Shown in pieces: positions 26,585 through 38,614 of a stretch of DNA of 64,000 nt. The translations under genes were made by a program, and so were the position numbers. The DNA is from Chiloscyllium plagiosum (Eukaryota), in NCBI RefSeq assembly GCF_004010195.1, contig NC_057718.1:57522660-57586659 (forward strand), read 5' to 3'. Numbering within the stretch: position 1 is the first letter of the stretch; each line of letters opens with the position of its first letter. The notes below the pieces were generated by a model. The model had not been told where the DNA came from, made no database searches, and saw nothing but the letters and a program-made list of their open reading frames with translations.

Positions 26585-28090
26585 CCAATGTCAGACCGGT
26601 GGTGCGCCTGACATCAGTGGTTCGCAAATTGTTGGACGGAATCCTGAGGGACAGGATTTACATGTGTTTGGAAAGGCAAGGACTGATTAGTGACAGTCAA
26701 CATGGCTTTGTGTGGGGGAAATCATGTCTCACTAACTTGATTGAGCTTTTTGAAGACATAACAAAAAGGATTGATGACAGCAGAGCAGGGGAAGTGATCT
26801 ACATGGAGCCATTCCTGATGAAGGGCTTTGGCCCGAAATGTCCATTTTCCTGCTCCTCAGATGCTGCCTGATCTGCTGTACTTTTCTAGCACCACTGTAA
26901 TCCTGACTGTGATCTACATGGACTTCAGCAAGGCGTTCGACAAAGTTCATCATGGTAGACTGGTTAGCAAGGTAGATCTCATGGAATACAGGGAGAACTA
27001 GCCATTTGGATACAGAACTGGCTTGAAGGTAGAAGACAGAGGGTGGTGGTGGAGGGTTATTTTTCAGACTGGAGGCCAGTGACCAGTGGAGTGCCATAAG
27101 GATTGGTGCTGGGTCCACTGCATTTCATCATTTATGTAAATAATTTGGATGTGAACAAAGAAGATATAGTTTGTAAGTTTGCAGATGACACCAAATTGGA
27201 GGTGACGTGGGCAACAAAGAAGGTTACCTCAGAGTACAATGGGATCTGATCAGATGGGCCAATGGGCTGAGGAGTGGCAGATGGAGTTTAATTCAGATAA
27301 TGTGAAGTGCTGCATTTTGGAAAGGCAAATCAAAGCAGAACTTAAACATTTAACAGTAGGGTCCTGGGGAGTGTTGCTAAACAAAGAGACCTTGGAATGC
27401 AGGTTCATAATCCCTTGAAAGTGGAGTCGCAGGTAGATAGGATAGTGAAGAAGGCGTTTGATATGCTTTCCTTTATTGGTGAGAGCATTGAGTATAGGAG
27501 TTGGGAGGTTGTGTTGTGGCTGTACAGGACTTTGGTTAGGCCACTTTTGGAATATTTACTGCAGTTCTTGTCTCCCTTCTATCAGAAGGATGTTGTGAAA
27601 CTTGGAAGGTTCAGAAAAGATTTACAAGGATGTTACCAGGGTTGGAGGATTTGAGCTACAGGGAGAGGCTGAATAAGGTGGGGCTGTTTTCCCTGGAGCA
27701 TTGGGTGCTGAGTGGTGACCTTATCGAGGTTTATAAAATCATTAGGGGCATGGATAGGATAAATAGACAAGGTCTTTTCCTTGGGGTGGGGGGAGTCCAG
27801 AGCTAGAGGGCATAGGTTTAATGTGAGAGGAGAAACATTTAAAGGGACCTAAGAGGCAATGGTTTTACGCAGAGTGTGGTGTGTGTATGGAATGAGCTGC
27901 CAGAGGAAGTGGTGGAGACTGGTACAATTACATTTAAAAGGTATCTGGATGGATGCATGAATAGGAAGGGTTTAGAGGGATATGGGCCAAGTGCTGGCAG
28001 GTGGGACTAGATTAATTTATGATATCTGGTCAGCATGGACGAGTTGGACTGAAGGGTCTGTTTCCATGCTGTGTGCCTCTATGACTCTAT
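26585..28090 (+). mobile_element. CR1 5'-truncated copy (RT to tail), nested in an older minus-strand LINE and itself interrupted at 26808-26908
   Basis: SQHGFVWGKSCLTNLIELF; tttgcagatgacacc (FADDT); YRTLVRPLLEY; tail ctctatgactctatg. Confidence 0.92.
26808..26908 (+). mobile_element. 101-bp hammerhead-headed PLE-derived insertion with 14-bp TSD
   Basis: TSD gtgatctacatgga at 26794-26807 and 26909-26922; insert starts gccattc CTGATGA AGGGC TTTG GCCC GAAA TGTC. Confidence 0.9.
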
Positions 28091-28172
28091 GTCTTGATAT
28101 CACATGGAGCAAATCAAATTGGCTGATGGCTGGTATCTGCAATGCTGGGGACCATTGGAGGAGGGCAAGATC

Positions 28173-28511
28173 GTAGAATCATAGAATCCTGACAGTGTGG
28201 AAGCAGGTCATTCAGCCCATTGAGTTCATACCAACACTGCAAAGAACTTCCAATCCATACCCATCCCCACTACCTTATTCTGCATCCCTGCATTTTCCAT
28301 GGTTAATCCACCTAGCCTGCACAACTTTAGATACTACAGAACAATTTAGCATTGTCAATCCACCTAAACTGCACATCTTTGGATTGTGGGAAGAAACCAG
28401 AGAAAATCTATACAGACTCAAGGAGAATGTGTAAACCCCAAACAGACAATCACCCGAAGATGGAATCAAACCTGGGTCCCTGGCACTGGGGTGCTAACCA
28501 CTGAGCTGCCC
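28173..28511 (-). mobile_element. HE1-like V-SINE
   Basis: Homologous to 22498-22817. Confidence 0.85.
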
Positions 28512-30057
28512 AATGTGGATTATTCCCTTGGTACTTTTGACTGAAGATTTCTATGAATGCTTCAAGCTTATCTTTTGCACTGATGTGTTGGACTCTCCTA
28601 TCATTCAGAATGGGATATTTGTGGACCCTCTTCTTCCAGTGAGTTGTTTGATTGTCCTCCACTATTTGTGACGATGTGGTGGGACTGCAGGGCTTAGATC
28701 TGGTCTGTTGGTTCTGGGATTGCTTAACTCTGCCTATCACTTGCTACTTATACTGTTTGGCACACAAGTGGCCCTGTTTGATAGCTCAACCACATTGACA
28801 CCTCACTTTTAGGTATGCCTGGTGTGGCTCCTGGCATGCCCTTCTGCAGTCTCCATTGAACCAGGATTGATCCCCTGGGTTAGTGGTATTGGATGAGTGG
28901 AGGATATGCCAGGCCATGAGGTTACAGATTGTATTGGAGTATAATTCTGCTGCTGTTGATGGCACACAGTACCTCATGGATGCTCAGTCTTGAGTTACTA
29001 GATCTGTTGGAAATCTATCCTGTTTGGCATGGTGATAGTGCCACAAAACACGTGGAGGGTATTCTCAATGTGAAGGTGGGACTTTGTGTTCACGAGAACT
29101 CTTACTGATACTGTCATGGACAGATGCATCTCCAGCTGGCAGATTGGTTAGAATGAGGTCAAATATGTTTTTCCCTCATGTTGGCTCACCACCTGCTGCT
29201 GACCCAGTCTAGCAGCAATGTCCTTTAGGATCTGACCAGTTCTGTTAGTAGTGTTGCTGCTGAGCCACTCTTTGTGATAGATGTTGGAATTCCCCAGAGT
29301 ACATTTTATGCCATTTCCATCCTCAATGCTTCTCTATAAGTGTTGTTCAAATGGAGGCATACTGGATCATCAGCTGTGGGACGGTAGTATTCAGCAGGAG
29401 GTTTTCCTTGCCCATAACTTGAATCCATGAGATTTCACAGCATCCAGAGTCAGTGTTGAGGACTCTGAGGACAACTCCCTCCTGACTGTATACCACAGTG
29501 CTGCCACCTCTGCTGGTTTGTCCTATTGTGTGGGATAGAACTTATCCAGGGATGGGGATTGTCTGGGACATTTCCATGAGTATGACTATTGTCAGGCTGT
29601 TGCTTGAGTTGCCTGTGAGACAGCTCTCCTAATTTTGCCACAATCCTCAGACGTTAGTAAAGACGACTTTTCAAGATTGACAGGGCTTTTTCTAAAACTG
29701 TCTTTTTCGGTGCCTAGGTAAATGCCAGGTGGTCCGCTTGGTTCCATTTATTTACTGAGACTTCATAGTGATTGTTACAACTGAGTGGTTTGCTAGGCTA
29801 TTTCAGAGGGCAGTTGAGAGTCAACCACATGCTGTGGGTGTGGAGTCACATGTAGGCCAAACCAGGTGAGAACAGCAGATTTCCTTCCCTGAAGGACATT
29901 AGTGAGTTAGATGGATTTTTCTGATAATTGACAATGGTTTCATGGTCACCATTAGACTCCATCTTCCATGGCAGGATTTGAACTTGGGTGCCCAGATCAT
30001 TACTGGGGTTTCTGGATTAATAGTGGAGTGATAATACCATTAGGTCACCATCTCCCC
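28512..30057 (-). mobile_element. 5' part of a non-LTR retrotransposon (APE endonuclease region) with a tRNA-like 5' head; continues at about 28090-28172 and 26360-26545
   Basis: EN N-terminal-like LTNV.GL.AKLGELSHRQLKQQPD at about 29560-29660; linker PGDQSWFNGDCRRACQE; A box at 30037-30047 and B box at 29974-29984. Confidence 0.7.
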
Positions 30058-31043
30058 TGGTTGTGTGACTGCACCAATTGTCACAGCAAGACATGGCTGC
30101 GCAAGGCAAAGAATAGCAGGGCAAAGCATGGCATGCATGCTGCTGGTATGTATTCTGATCCAAACTGTGAACTAGGTACCTTTCTCTGTGTGGTTCTAAA
30201 CACCTGGTTGTCAGTATGCCATGCTAGACCAGAATGACCTTGCAGGGCACACTGCCAGTGCACCGGTTGATACTAGAATTGTGGCAATGAAGTCAGTGGA
30301 GTACTAATGGCAGTGACTGAAAGGTACATGTAGCTGGTGGATTATGCTCTGCTCTGCAGTTTAATCATGGGTAAGATGGAGGGCATTTGGAGGGGACAAT
30401 GAGTTGACATGGTCAAGAAGTTGCTCAGGTTTCCACGCTGAGTTTCTCCAAGAATTTGTTTGGTAGGTTTAGTAAAATAGCAACAGGAATATGAATAGTT
30501 GGGCTCTTAAGACAATATAACAAACAATGAGTGTGAATTGGGTTTTCACCACTGCCTATTGAGAATCGCACCACACTACTTGAAAAAGGCATGAAAGATG
30601 CAGTGAGATGATCTCAATGTAGAGGTATCCTTTGCTGAATATTTTGATCGATTCTGTGCAATCGTCCATGTTGCTCAGACTCACGTAAGATTCTTCCCTG
30701 GATCTTTGATGCTGGCATCCCCCAAGAGTGGCTTGTCAGTTCCACTTCTCCAGTCTCTAGTGATTTTTCACTTTGTGCCAATACTGGCATATAAGCTCAC
30801 TGTGATTTGGCAATGCGTTGACCCTGATCCAGATACTCCAATTGGTCCAGTAGCAATGGACATTGAATGGGGTTCTGGTTCTTGTTTTGCTAGTTACACC
30901 AGCACAGCAGTACCAAGGATTCTGAGGGCTTACATGGCAAAGGTATTCAATTGCCAAACTACTACCATTTATAGCTATCAAATTTAGAAGTTTAGAAATT
31001 TTAGAAGTTGTACAATGACCCCATGATCATTGTTAACAGAAAG

Positions 31044-31617
31044 TTTATTATTAATAAAATAGCGAAACTTCAACTTGAAGTTGATTGAAGACAGTCAATA
31101 TATTAACCCTTACAGGAATGAATGTTAATGCAAGAATCAATTTAATTCAAAATTAGTCCTGTTTATGAAATTTTAATGATAAAGGCAAATGCTTTATTAT
31201 CATAATATTGTAATTTTATTTAGTGGTAGTAAAATTATTTCAAAGAGAAGAACACAATGGGTGGAAGGGGCCATTTCTGTGCTGTAGATCTCTATGACTC
31301 TGTGACAACAAATTAATATATGAACTACATTTTATTTGATTAGAAAACAACTTTGTACATCATGATATTAGGTAATTTTGGGCTGGATAGCAGACATTAT
31401 AGAACTTTATGTAGCTTTAAATATTAATTTGTAATGTATATTCATTTCAGTAAGTTATCTCTACACACAATATTGAAGGCACTTTGTACAAAAAGACAAA
31501 AAATACAAATGTGAAAGTTAAACTGAATCATAAAGCAAATTACGTAAACACACCAAAATGTTAATTGCTGTGGTAATCAATGCTTTACTTTGGCTATTCT
31601 TGTCAGTATTATATTAA
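31044..31617 (-). other. EFEMP1: Probable EFEMP1 3' UTR with candidate AATAAA signals at 31331-31336, 31215-31220, 31193-31198 and 31044-31049
   Basis: AT-rich segment after the stop codon; tttatt on the plus strand at the listed positions; which signal is used cannot be seen. Confidence 0.6.
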
Positions 31618-31779
31618 CTAAAATGAATAAGGTCCCACTACTATTGTCAACCGCAACACAGAGGAAGTCCGGTAGTTCATTACGGCATTGACTGTTAACA
31701 TCTCCAAATCCACGATGTACTCCTTTGGTCCTGTTAAAGGCTTCACTAAGACCAGCATTGCACTCACATTGCTTGTTTG
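31618..31779 (-). CDS. EFEMP1: Fibulin-3 terminal coding exon (human exon 12 equivalent)
   Basis: Acceptor ttcctgcag; [53 protein letters not shown]; absent from the ORF track in this frame. Confidence 0.96.
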   Translation of the reverse strand, partial: QTSNVSAMLVLVKPLTGPKEYIVDLEMLTVNAVMNYRTSSVLRLTIVVGPYSF

Positions 31780-32277
31780 CTGCAGGAATACAAAAATGGG
31801 AAATAAGCAAACAATAGAGATTATAAAAAAAACTTCACCTTTGAGGAAGCAGCATCTGAAATGGGAGCGTTAAATGGGGTAGAACATCTCTCCAGCTGGT
31901 TATCTTGTAAATCTCTGACTATGGGATTCTGCACTTCTATCTGCTCTTCCCCTTCCAGAGGCATTCCTGCAAGGTGGTGTATGGGGTGTGGAGGAGGGCT
32001 TTCTGGATAATCATTAGATATAACTCTAGGATTACCAATGGTATTTATGTGTGGAGCTGCAGCCATATGTCACATGAAGTGATGCAACTTAGTGAATACC
32101 ATTAAGTAGAAGTAAAATTACATTTGAATCCAAGGAGATTAATTTGCATTTGAATTAAGAGGAACCAGCCAGAAATCAGTTGTATCTTTTTTTTTTAAAC
32201 TCCCTCACTACCGTTAAACAGCAGTAGTGCTTATTTCTCCGCAGCAGCCATGTCATGTTCGACTCAGTGAAGAAAAC

Positions 32278-32635
32278 TTCATTCATATTCCACCATCAGG
32301 TAGAAAAGAAACACTCGAGTGGCCAGTGACAAGCAGTGCCCTTCTTTAGGGGCAATGCCTATGTGATCAAAACGTGAAGGGAGGCTAGTGAATAAATCAA
32401 AATAGAATTGGAGGGGGAAATAAAGCACTCCAGACATTGTGGCCCCCACCCTTCCCTGAAAGCCTAAAGGGTATTGGTAGACACCGCATGTTCCTTCTCC
32501 AGGGATACCTGGGCCCGAACGTAACCATAGAAGAGGGGCAGACAATCGGCCATAATGACCCCCTCCACGGCCTGTTGCCTGGACCTGTTTATGGCCATCC
32601 TGGCCAGGCCCAGGAGCAGACCCACGAGGAGGTAT
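32278..32635 (-). mobile_element. Tx1/L1-clade LINE 3' end
   Basis: Minus frame DCLPLFYGYVRAQVSLEKEHAVSTNTL...ECFISPSNSILI* followed by a short 3' UTR; family assignment from recalled similarity. Confidence 0.6.
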
Positions 32636-35015
32636 CAGTGGTATAATTTTGGATCACAGAAATCTGTGGCACATGCAACCTGTAAAATTTCGATTCAATG
32701 TCACTGTATTTCCAGCTTAATGGAAATATCAGAGATTGGCTACTCAACAGTCAACAGCGACAGAAGTACTGGCATGCAAATTATATCCCACCACTGCAGC
32801 GTACGACATACCATTACTTAACCAACGTTTTAATAAGCTATTACTGTCTGATAACAATGATGTAGAGGCCAGTGTCACCCGGGTTTCCCAGCCTAAGTGC
32901 CAACCTATTTAATGCAGTAAATGCTTTTTAGTATGCAAATCTAGAATTTCAACTACCTTTTAAAGTCAGAACTGTTGCATTATGTGCCTTACATTTGCTC
33001 CCATTCCATGAGTGATGCAAACACAAAGTTCAACCGAGTTAAGTATTAGTTTTGTGGGGCTTGGCGTAGAAAGGTTCCATCTCTGGGCTTCACATAAGTA
33101 CTCCTGGCCACCACTGCTTTGGATCCTTACCCTCAGCAATTGCTTATCCTTTGCTATGCTCTCCTTTTTGGCAGCTGGAGAGACCTAATATTGAGATACC
33201 TCAATCTAGTAAATGGCATCAAAATATCCAATTTATGCCCCAGACATTGCAGGGCCAATGTAAAAAAAGGTACACCTTCAAACTCCTCACTGCTTCTTGG
33301 CTCAGACATAATAGACTTCCCTAGTTTCTTGTTTAAATAAAAAAAATTAATCCTTATGGCCTCAATTTCCACACCGGTTGCCGTCATGTCTTTGGTGGGA
33401 GACTAACAGACCCTATGGGGAAATAGTTTGCTTGAAAGCCACATACAAACACATTTGAACAACTTCCCAGTAGGCTGATGGTTGTATGTAGACTACAGAG
33501 GCTTTTGTGATTCAACTAGGTGGCTCACCATCATCTTTTCAAAGGTCACTAGGAACAGGCAATGAATGTTGGCCCTGCCAACGATGCCCAATTTAAAAAG
33601 CCAATAACAATTAGTAATGCAGTTTCAATATAACATGGAAAATTGGTACAATCCCTGTGACAACTGAGGGCCAATGTATTCATTTTATATTGGCAAGAGT
33701 GAGGGCAGAACGTCCATTAGGTTACAGTGACGGGTGGTGAATTCTGGACCCAAATAAACTTAATGGAGGAAAAACCTGAGGGATTTATATGCCAGTATTT
33801 TAATTTGATACTTTTAAGACATACTTGGGCCAAAATGTATTCAAGAATTCTGGCAGACTCCCACTGTAGCACTGTGGAATAGGAATAAGGCAAAAGGCTA
33901 GAGACCCAGTTTCTGCCACATAAAGTACAGAAAGTATTCCAAGGCCATGGATATTGAGAACAGCCCGGGCCAGGGGTTTGCTTTGCTGATTTTACTCTTG
34001 CTTCTTAGAAGATACCAAGTCACTTCCACATGGTGGACTCAGAGGGTTTAGTTGTAGCAAGAGGCTTGCATTGCAAAGGAAAGGTTACAGCCTTATTGTT
34101 AATGAAATGCCAGCCTGAGACAGAGGGGCAAACAAGACCTTGGTGGGACTCGGGTTTGGCCCCTGCTTCCACTGGTATCAGAATTTCTGGTTGAGTAAAT
34201 GGACAGCAGAGTTGTACCTTTATGGCATGGATACCTCAGATTGACTGGTGTCCATGCTGGAGGGAACTGGTGGATGTGATGTGGGAGTAACCACTGAGCA
34301 AACAGGGGTGGGTGATGGTCTGAGCTAGATACGTAGATAAAATATAGACAAGGCAATTGTTACAGGTAACTATGTGAGTTCCAAGAGTAAGGGAGTGGCA
34401 TTGTTGTGAACTTAAAGTAGAAAGTTGTTAGATTCCGGCAGCAGATGGAAATTACACTATTTGTTTAGCCTTCTGAATGAAAATAAAGATAGCACTTTAG
34501 TACATTGTTTTTGATGGTAATTTGATTAGAAAAAAAAACACTCTGATTTTCAACAATTTCAATCAAACACCATGGAACTGAAAAAAACCTACTCTTCTGC
34601 CATGGTTTGCCCTAAATCTCGCAGGATGGTATTTCAGTGAATGGATCCTCGATGAGCCCCAAACCTGGGAGCTGGCACAGGGATGGACTCTGTTCTGGAT
34701 CCAAGGCTTTTACTGGGCCCCAGAGAGTACTGCTAAAGATACACTTGGTCAGATCAGGAGTACCTCTATGACATCCGGTGACTGTGTTGTGTGGAACCTC
34801 AAAGGAAAGTTGCATTTTTTTTACTAAATTTTAAAACTGTTCTCTCCAGAAAGGGAATGAGAGGAGAACAAATATTTTTTTTCTAGGGAGACACATACCC
34901 CCAATTTTCCACACTCCATCCTCTCTCCCTTCTTTAATCTAGGACCAGATAGTGATATGTTAACTTCTGGCATCAAAAAAAAAGTAGTTGATAGGGAAAT
35001 GTAAATATGACTCAC

Positions 35016-35208
35016 CCTCAGATAGAACTCGCCTTCATTTCCAGAGATGATCTGGAAGGTGTTGAATGTATTGGGGTAAACACTTGTTGCTTGAATTTGG
35101 AAGATATCAGAGGGGACAGATCTGTCTGATCGAACATTCATGTATTTATACACATAGGAATAAGGCTGGTCACGACAAGCTGCATTTGCTGCTGGGCAGA
35201 CACAGCGA
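35016..35208 (-). CDS. EFEMP1: Fibulin-3 exon (193 bp; fibulin C-terminal domain, first half; human exon 11 equivalent)
   Basis: ttcag / gtgagt; (N)[64 protein letters not shown]; phase 2 to phase 0. Confidence 0.97.
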
Positions 35209-35364
35209 CTGAATTTTAAAAAAGGAAGCAAAACAGACATCATTAAGCATCTTAATACTCAGCATATTCTGCAGTTTTCTAGGAATACTGCTATATGTCT
35301 AATTGTTACCTATTGTGGAATTGGGTTATGGTGCAGTATGTCTATACAAATTAAATCAAATATC

Positions 35365-36660
35365 TATAGTAAACCATAGTCCCATTTCTAAAATTCCTTC
35401 CCTCTCTAAAATCTTTGAACATATTGTCACTTACCAAATATATGCCCAGTTTTTCCCTAATTCTATGTTGGAATACATCCAATTAGGTTGCAGTACTGGA
35501 ACTACTGCTGTGAAATTCACAAACAAAAAACATTCTTTGTAACAGCGATCATGATAAACTGTCCCTTTTGTCCTTTTCAATTTTTCTGTACTTTTCAGCA
35601 CATACCACCCTGCTCCAGCACTGCTCCTCTTTGGTCTAGCTAGGTGGCCCTACTCTAGCCTGATTTCATTCTTATATTTAAAGGTTGCCAGAGAGCCCCT
35701 GAGAAGGTTTCTTCTAACCCTCTTATACTGTTAGTCCAGAAATGCACCGAGGATCTTGCCATTATTTCAGTTCTGACCTACACACAGATCCTTGATGGTC
35801 ATATCTGAAGATAAATCAGTTTCCACAGATAGGCCAATGGCACCAGCATGTCTTCAGACTTCACCATTAGCTGATTTGTCAGACAAACTGTCTGACATCT
35901 AATTTGGAAAAACAGAACTCTCATCTGTGTTATATTAAAGATACTGAAGTCATTGTCTTTGTTCACCACCACATAACTCTGCTCATTGCCCAGCATTAAT
36001 ACCCCTGGCAAGTTCTTTATTCTGAGGAAGTCCATTTGCAACTGGGTTGCTGTGCTTGACCCTGAGCTGAGTTTTGGATCACATAACTGCATGACGAAGA
36101 TCACCTACTTTCAGCACCACAATATCACTCTACTTGAATCCTGCCTCAGCTCACCTGCTGCTGAAACCCTCACCCATACCTTAATCATCTCAAGACTTGG
36201 TAATTGGATGCTTTGTTGGTTGTGACCTCACCTTCCACCTCGGAAATAGCATGCTTATCTAAAATCTGATATTGGTATTTAATTCCACTCCAAATCACAT
36301 TCACTGAGCCTTCACTGGCTCCCCATCGGACTATACCTCAATTTTAACACCTTATCCTTGTTATCGTTGCCCTTCATTACCTGTGTAGCCTTCTCCAGCT
36401 TGACAAGCTGGTTTAATCCTGGCTATCCCCATATCCTGATTTTAATTACAGCCCTGCTTCTGATTGTGTTCTGCAGTTTGATCCTAATCTCCAGAATTAC
36501 CCTCTGTAACCCTTGCTACTCCTCTTCTTTCAAGGTCTGCTGTTGAACAAGCTTTTGGTTATCTGCCAAGCTGCTTGCTTTCTCCCTCTGTGGCTTGGTG
36601 TAAAATATATCTTGATTTGGTGGTTTTCATTAAGTTCCTTGGGACATTTTTTTATGCTTA
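35365..36660 (+). mobile_element. Old L2-like LINE remnant
   Basis: Decayed RT-like PISKIPSLSKIFEHIV, STGT, AETLTHTLIISRL, and cactggctcccc. Confidence 0.6.
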
Positions 36661-37354
36661 TGTACCTTATGTATGTAAGTTGTCGCTGAAGAAAGCTATA
36701 TAGTTCTTCTAAGTGCCAAAAATACATGCTTCCCAATTTCACGAGACATAAAGGTACTCACTTATAAGTTGCATTTCATTGTATTTGCTGACAATAATTA
36801 GTACAGGTTAGCTCCCTTTCCTCAGTTCTGCTTCTGTTTAAGTCCAGCACCACTGGACCAGATCAAAGTTTGCTCCTTAGATGCTGCTTCTGCTGCTAAT
36901 GGAAGTGATTCTTTAGACTACATACAGTGACTGGGAATCTTTGCAAGGACTGATATTTCTAGCTGTAGTGTGAAGTAACTATACCCTTCTACAAATTGGT
37001 AACAGTGTAATCATGGTTCATTATTGATAGTGCTAAATTGGAATTAAGGAAAAGGAGAAGGGGAAAGTGGATGCTAATGAAGATGGTGAAATGGCTGATA
37101 ATGAAGTAAGATAGCATTGCAGGAGGGCAAATGGGTGGCCAGAGAAGAGGAAGATCGGGTTGTAATGAAGCCGCAAAGGAAAGGGAAAGGATGGCAATTA
37201 AATTTAAAGGGGAGGGAGGGATATGTGAAAGGGATGGAAGGAAACAGAAGTAGGGAGTGATCCATGGTAAGGAGAGTAAAAGAGGGTGAATCTGAAAGGG
37301 GGCATGGTTTGGGGTCTGAAGCCACAAATAGGGAACAAGGTACCAATGCTACCT

Positions 37355-37805
37355 GAGAGAGGGAAAACAGACTGTTTCCCAGAATGGCAGAACTGACAGA
37401 TGAAGAAAGACTGTATCGACTCGGCTTGTACTTACAGGAATTTAGAAGAACAAGGAGGGATCTCAGAGAAACATACTCAACCCTGATGGGACTAGACAGG
37501 CTAGATACGTGAAGAATGTTCCTGACGTTGTGAATGTCCAGAACTAGGGATCACTTAAAAAGAATTTCTTCACTCAGAGTTGTGAACCTGTGGAATTCTC
37601 TCCCACAGAAAGATGTTGAGATCAGTTCATTAGATATATTCAAGAGGGAGCTGGGCGTGGCCCTTGCAGCTAAAGGGATCAAGGGGTGTGGAAAGGAGGA
37701 GTGGGATACTGAAGTTTCATGATCAGCCATGATCATATTGAAAGGTGGTGCAGATTCAAAGGGCTGAATGATCTACTCATGCACCTGCTTCTATGTTTCT
37801 ATGTA
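37355..37805 (+). mobile_element. CR1 3' fragment with internal deletion
   Basis: RVVNLWNSLPQK...FKREL; tail cttctatgtttctatg. Confidence 0.82.
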
Positions 37806-38490
37806 ATCTCAGCATTAGCTTGGAATGGGCAGTAGAAGAGAGCCAGCTTGAAACGTGAAAGTAATCATTGTGAATAGCTTAGAGGGGAGAAAGGGCAAAT
37901 ATAAAGTGGGAACACTGGAGGAGAATCGGAGGTCCTGCTCAAATGGTGATCGACTAGACTGGATAATCTCCATGCAAACTGAATTAGGATAAATGAGGGA
38001 TTGTTGGCATCATTTTCAGGTCTCACTGATCTCTCAAAAACCTACCCATCAATTTATTCATGTTTATTAAATTAAGAATTTATTAATTGTGAAAGAAAGT
38101 GCTAAACATTAATCAGAATGTAATGTTCTTAGGTCAAATATTAAAATGCTTTTGGGGACCTCCTATAAACTCGGTAGAAAAACAAAATTATTTTATATAA
38201 TAGATATGATACTATATGCAGTTAGGAAAGTTGAAAATTGGTTGGGATTAGCTATGTCCATTTTGATTTAGATAAAATGTGCACTTCAAAAGAGTAAATG
38301 CTCACTTGAAGATATGTTTTGGGATGAAGTAATCATTATCACTTGTTTGTGACACTTACACTATTTCTAAGAAAGTTTATAACTCAACTGATTTTCAAAT
38401 GTTGGATGTTCACTTTCATCTTAATTTGTTTTTCTCTTGTATCATGAAATCAAGACAGTGTTAAGTGAGTTGAAATCTTTAAATACTCAC

Positions 38491-38614
38491 TTTTCAGACA
38501 TCTGATTGTAAGGCTCATGGCATGGATTTCGAGGATAACATCTATATCCACCATGATAGTTCCAACACTTCTCTTGTTCCAGACAAGCATTTTCTGTTTC
38601 ACATTCATTTATAT
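38491..38614 (-). CDS. EFEMP1: Fibulin-3 exon (124 bp; last EGF-like module; human exon 10 equivalent)
   Basis: aaatag / gtgagt; (D)[40 protein letters not shown](N); missed by the ORF track. Confidence 0.96.
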
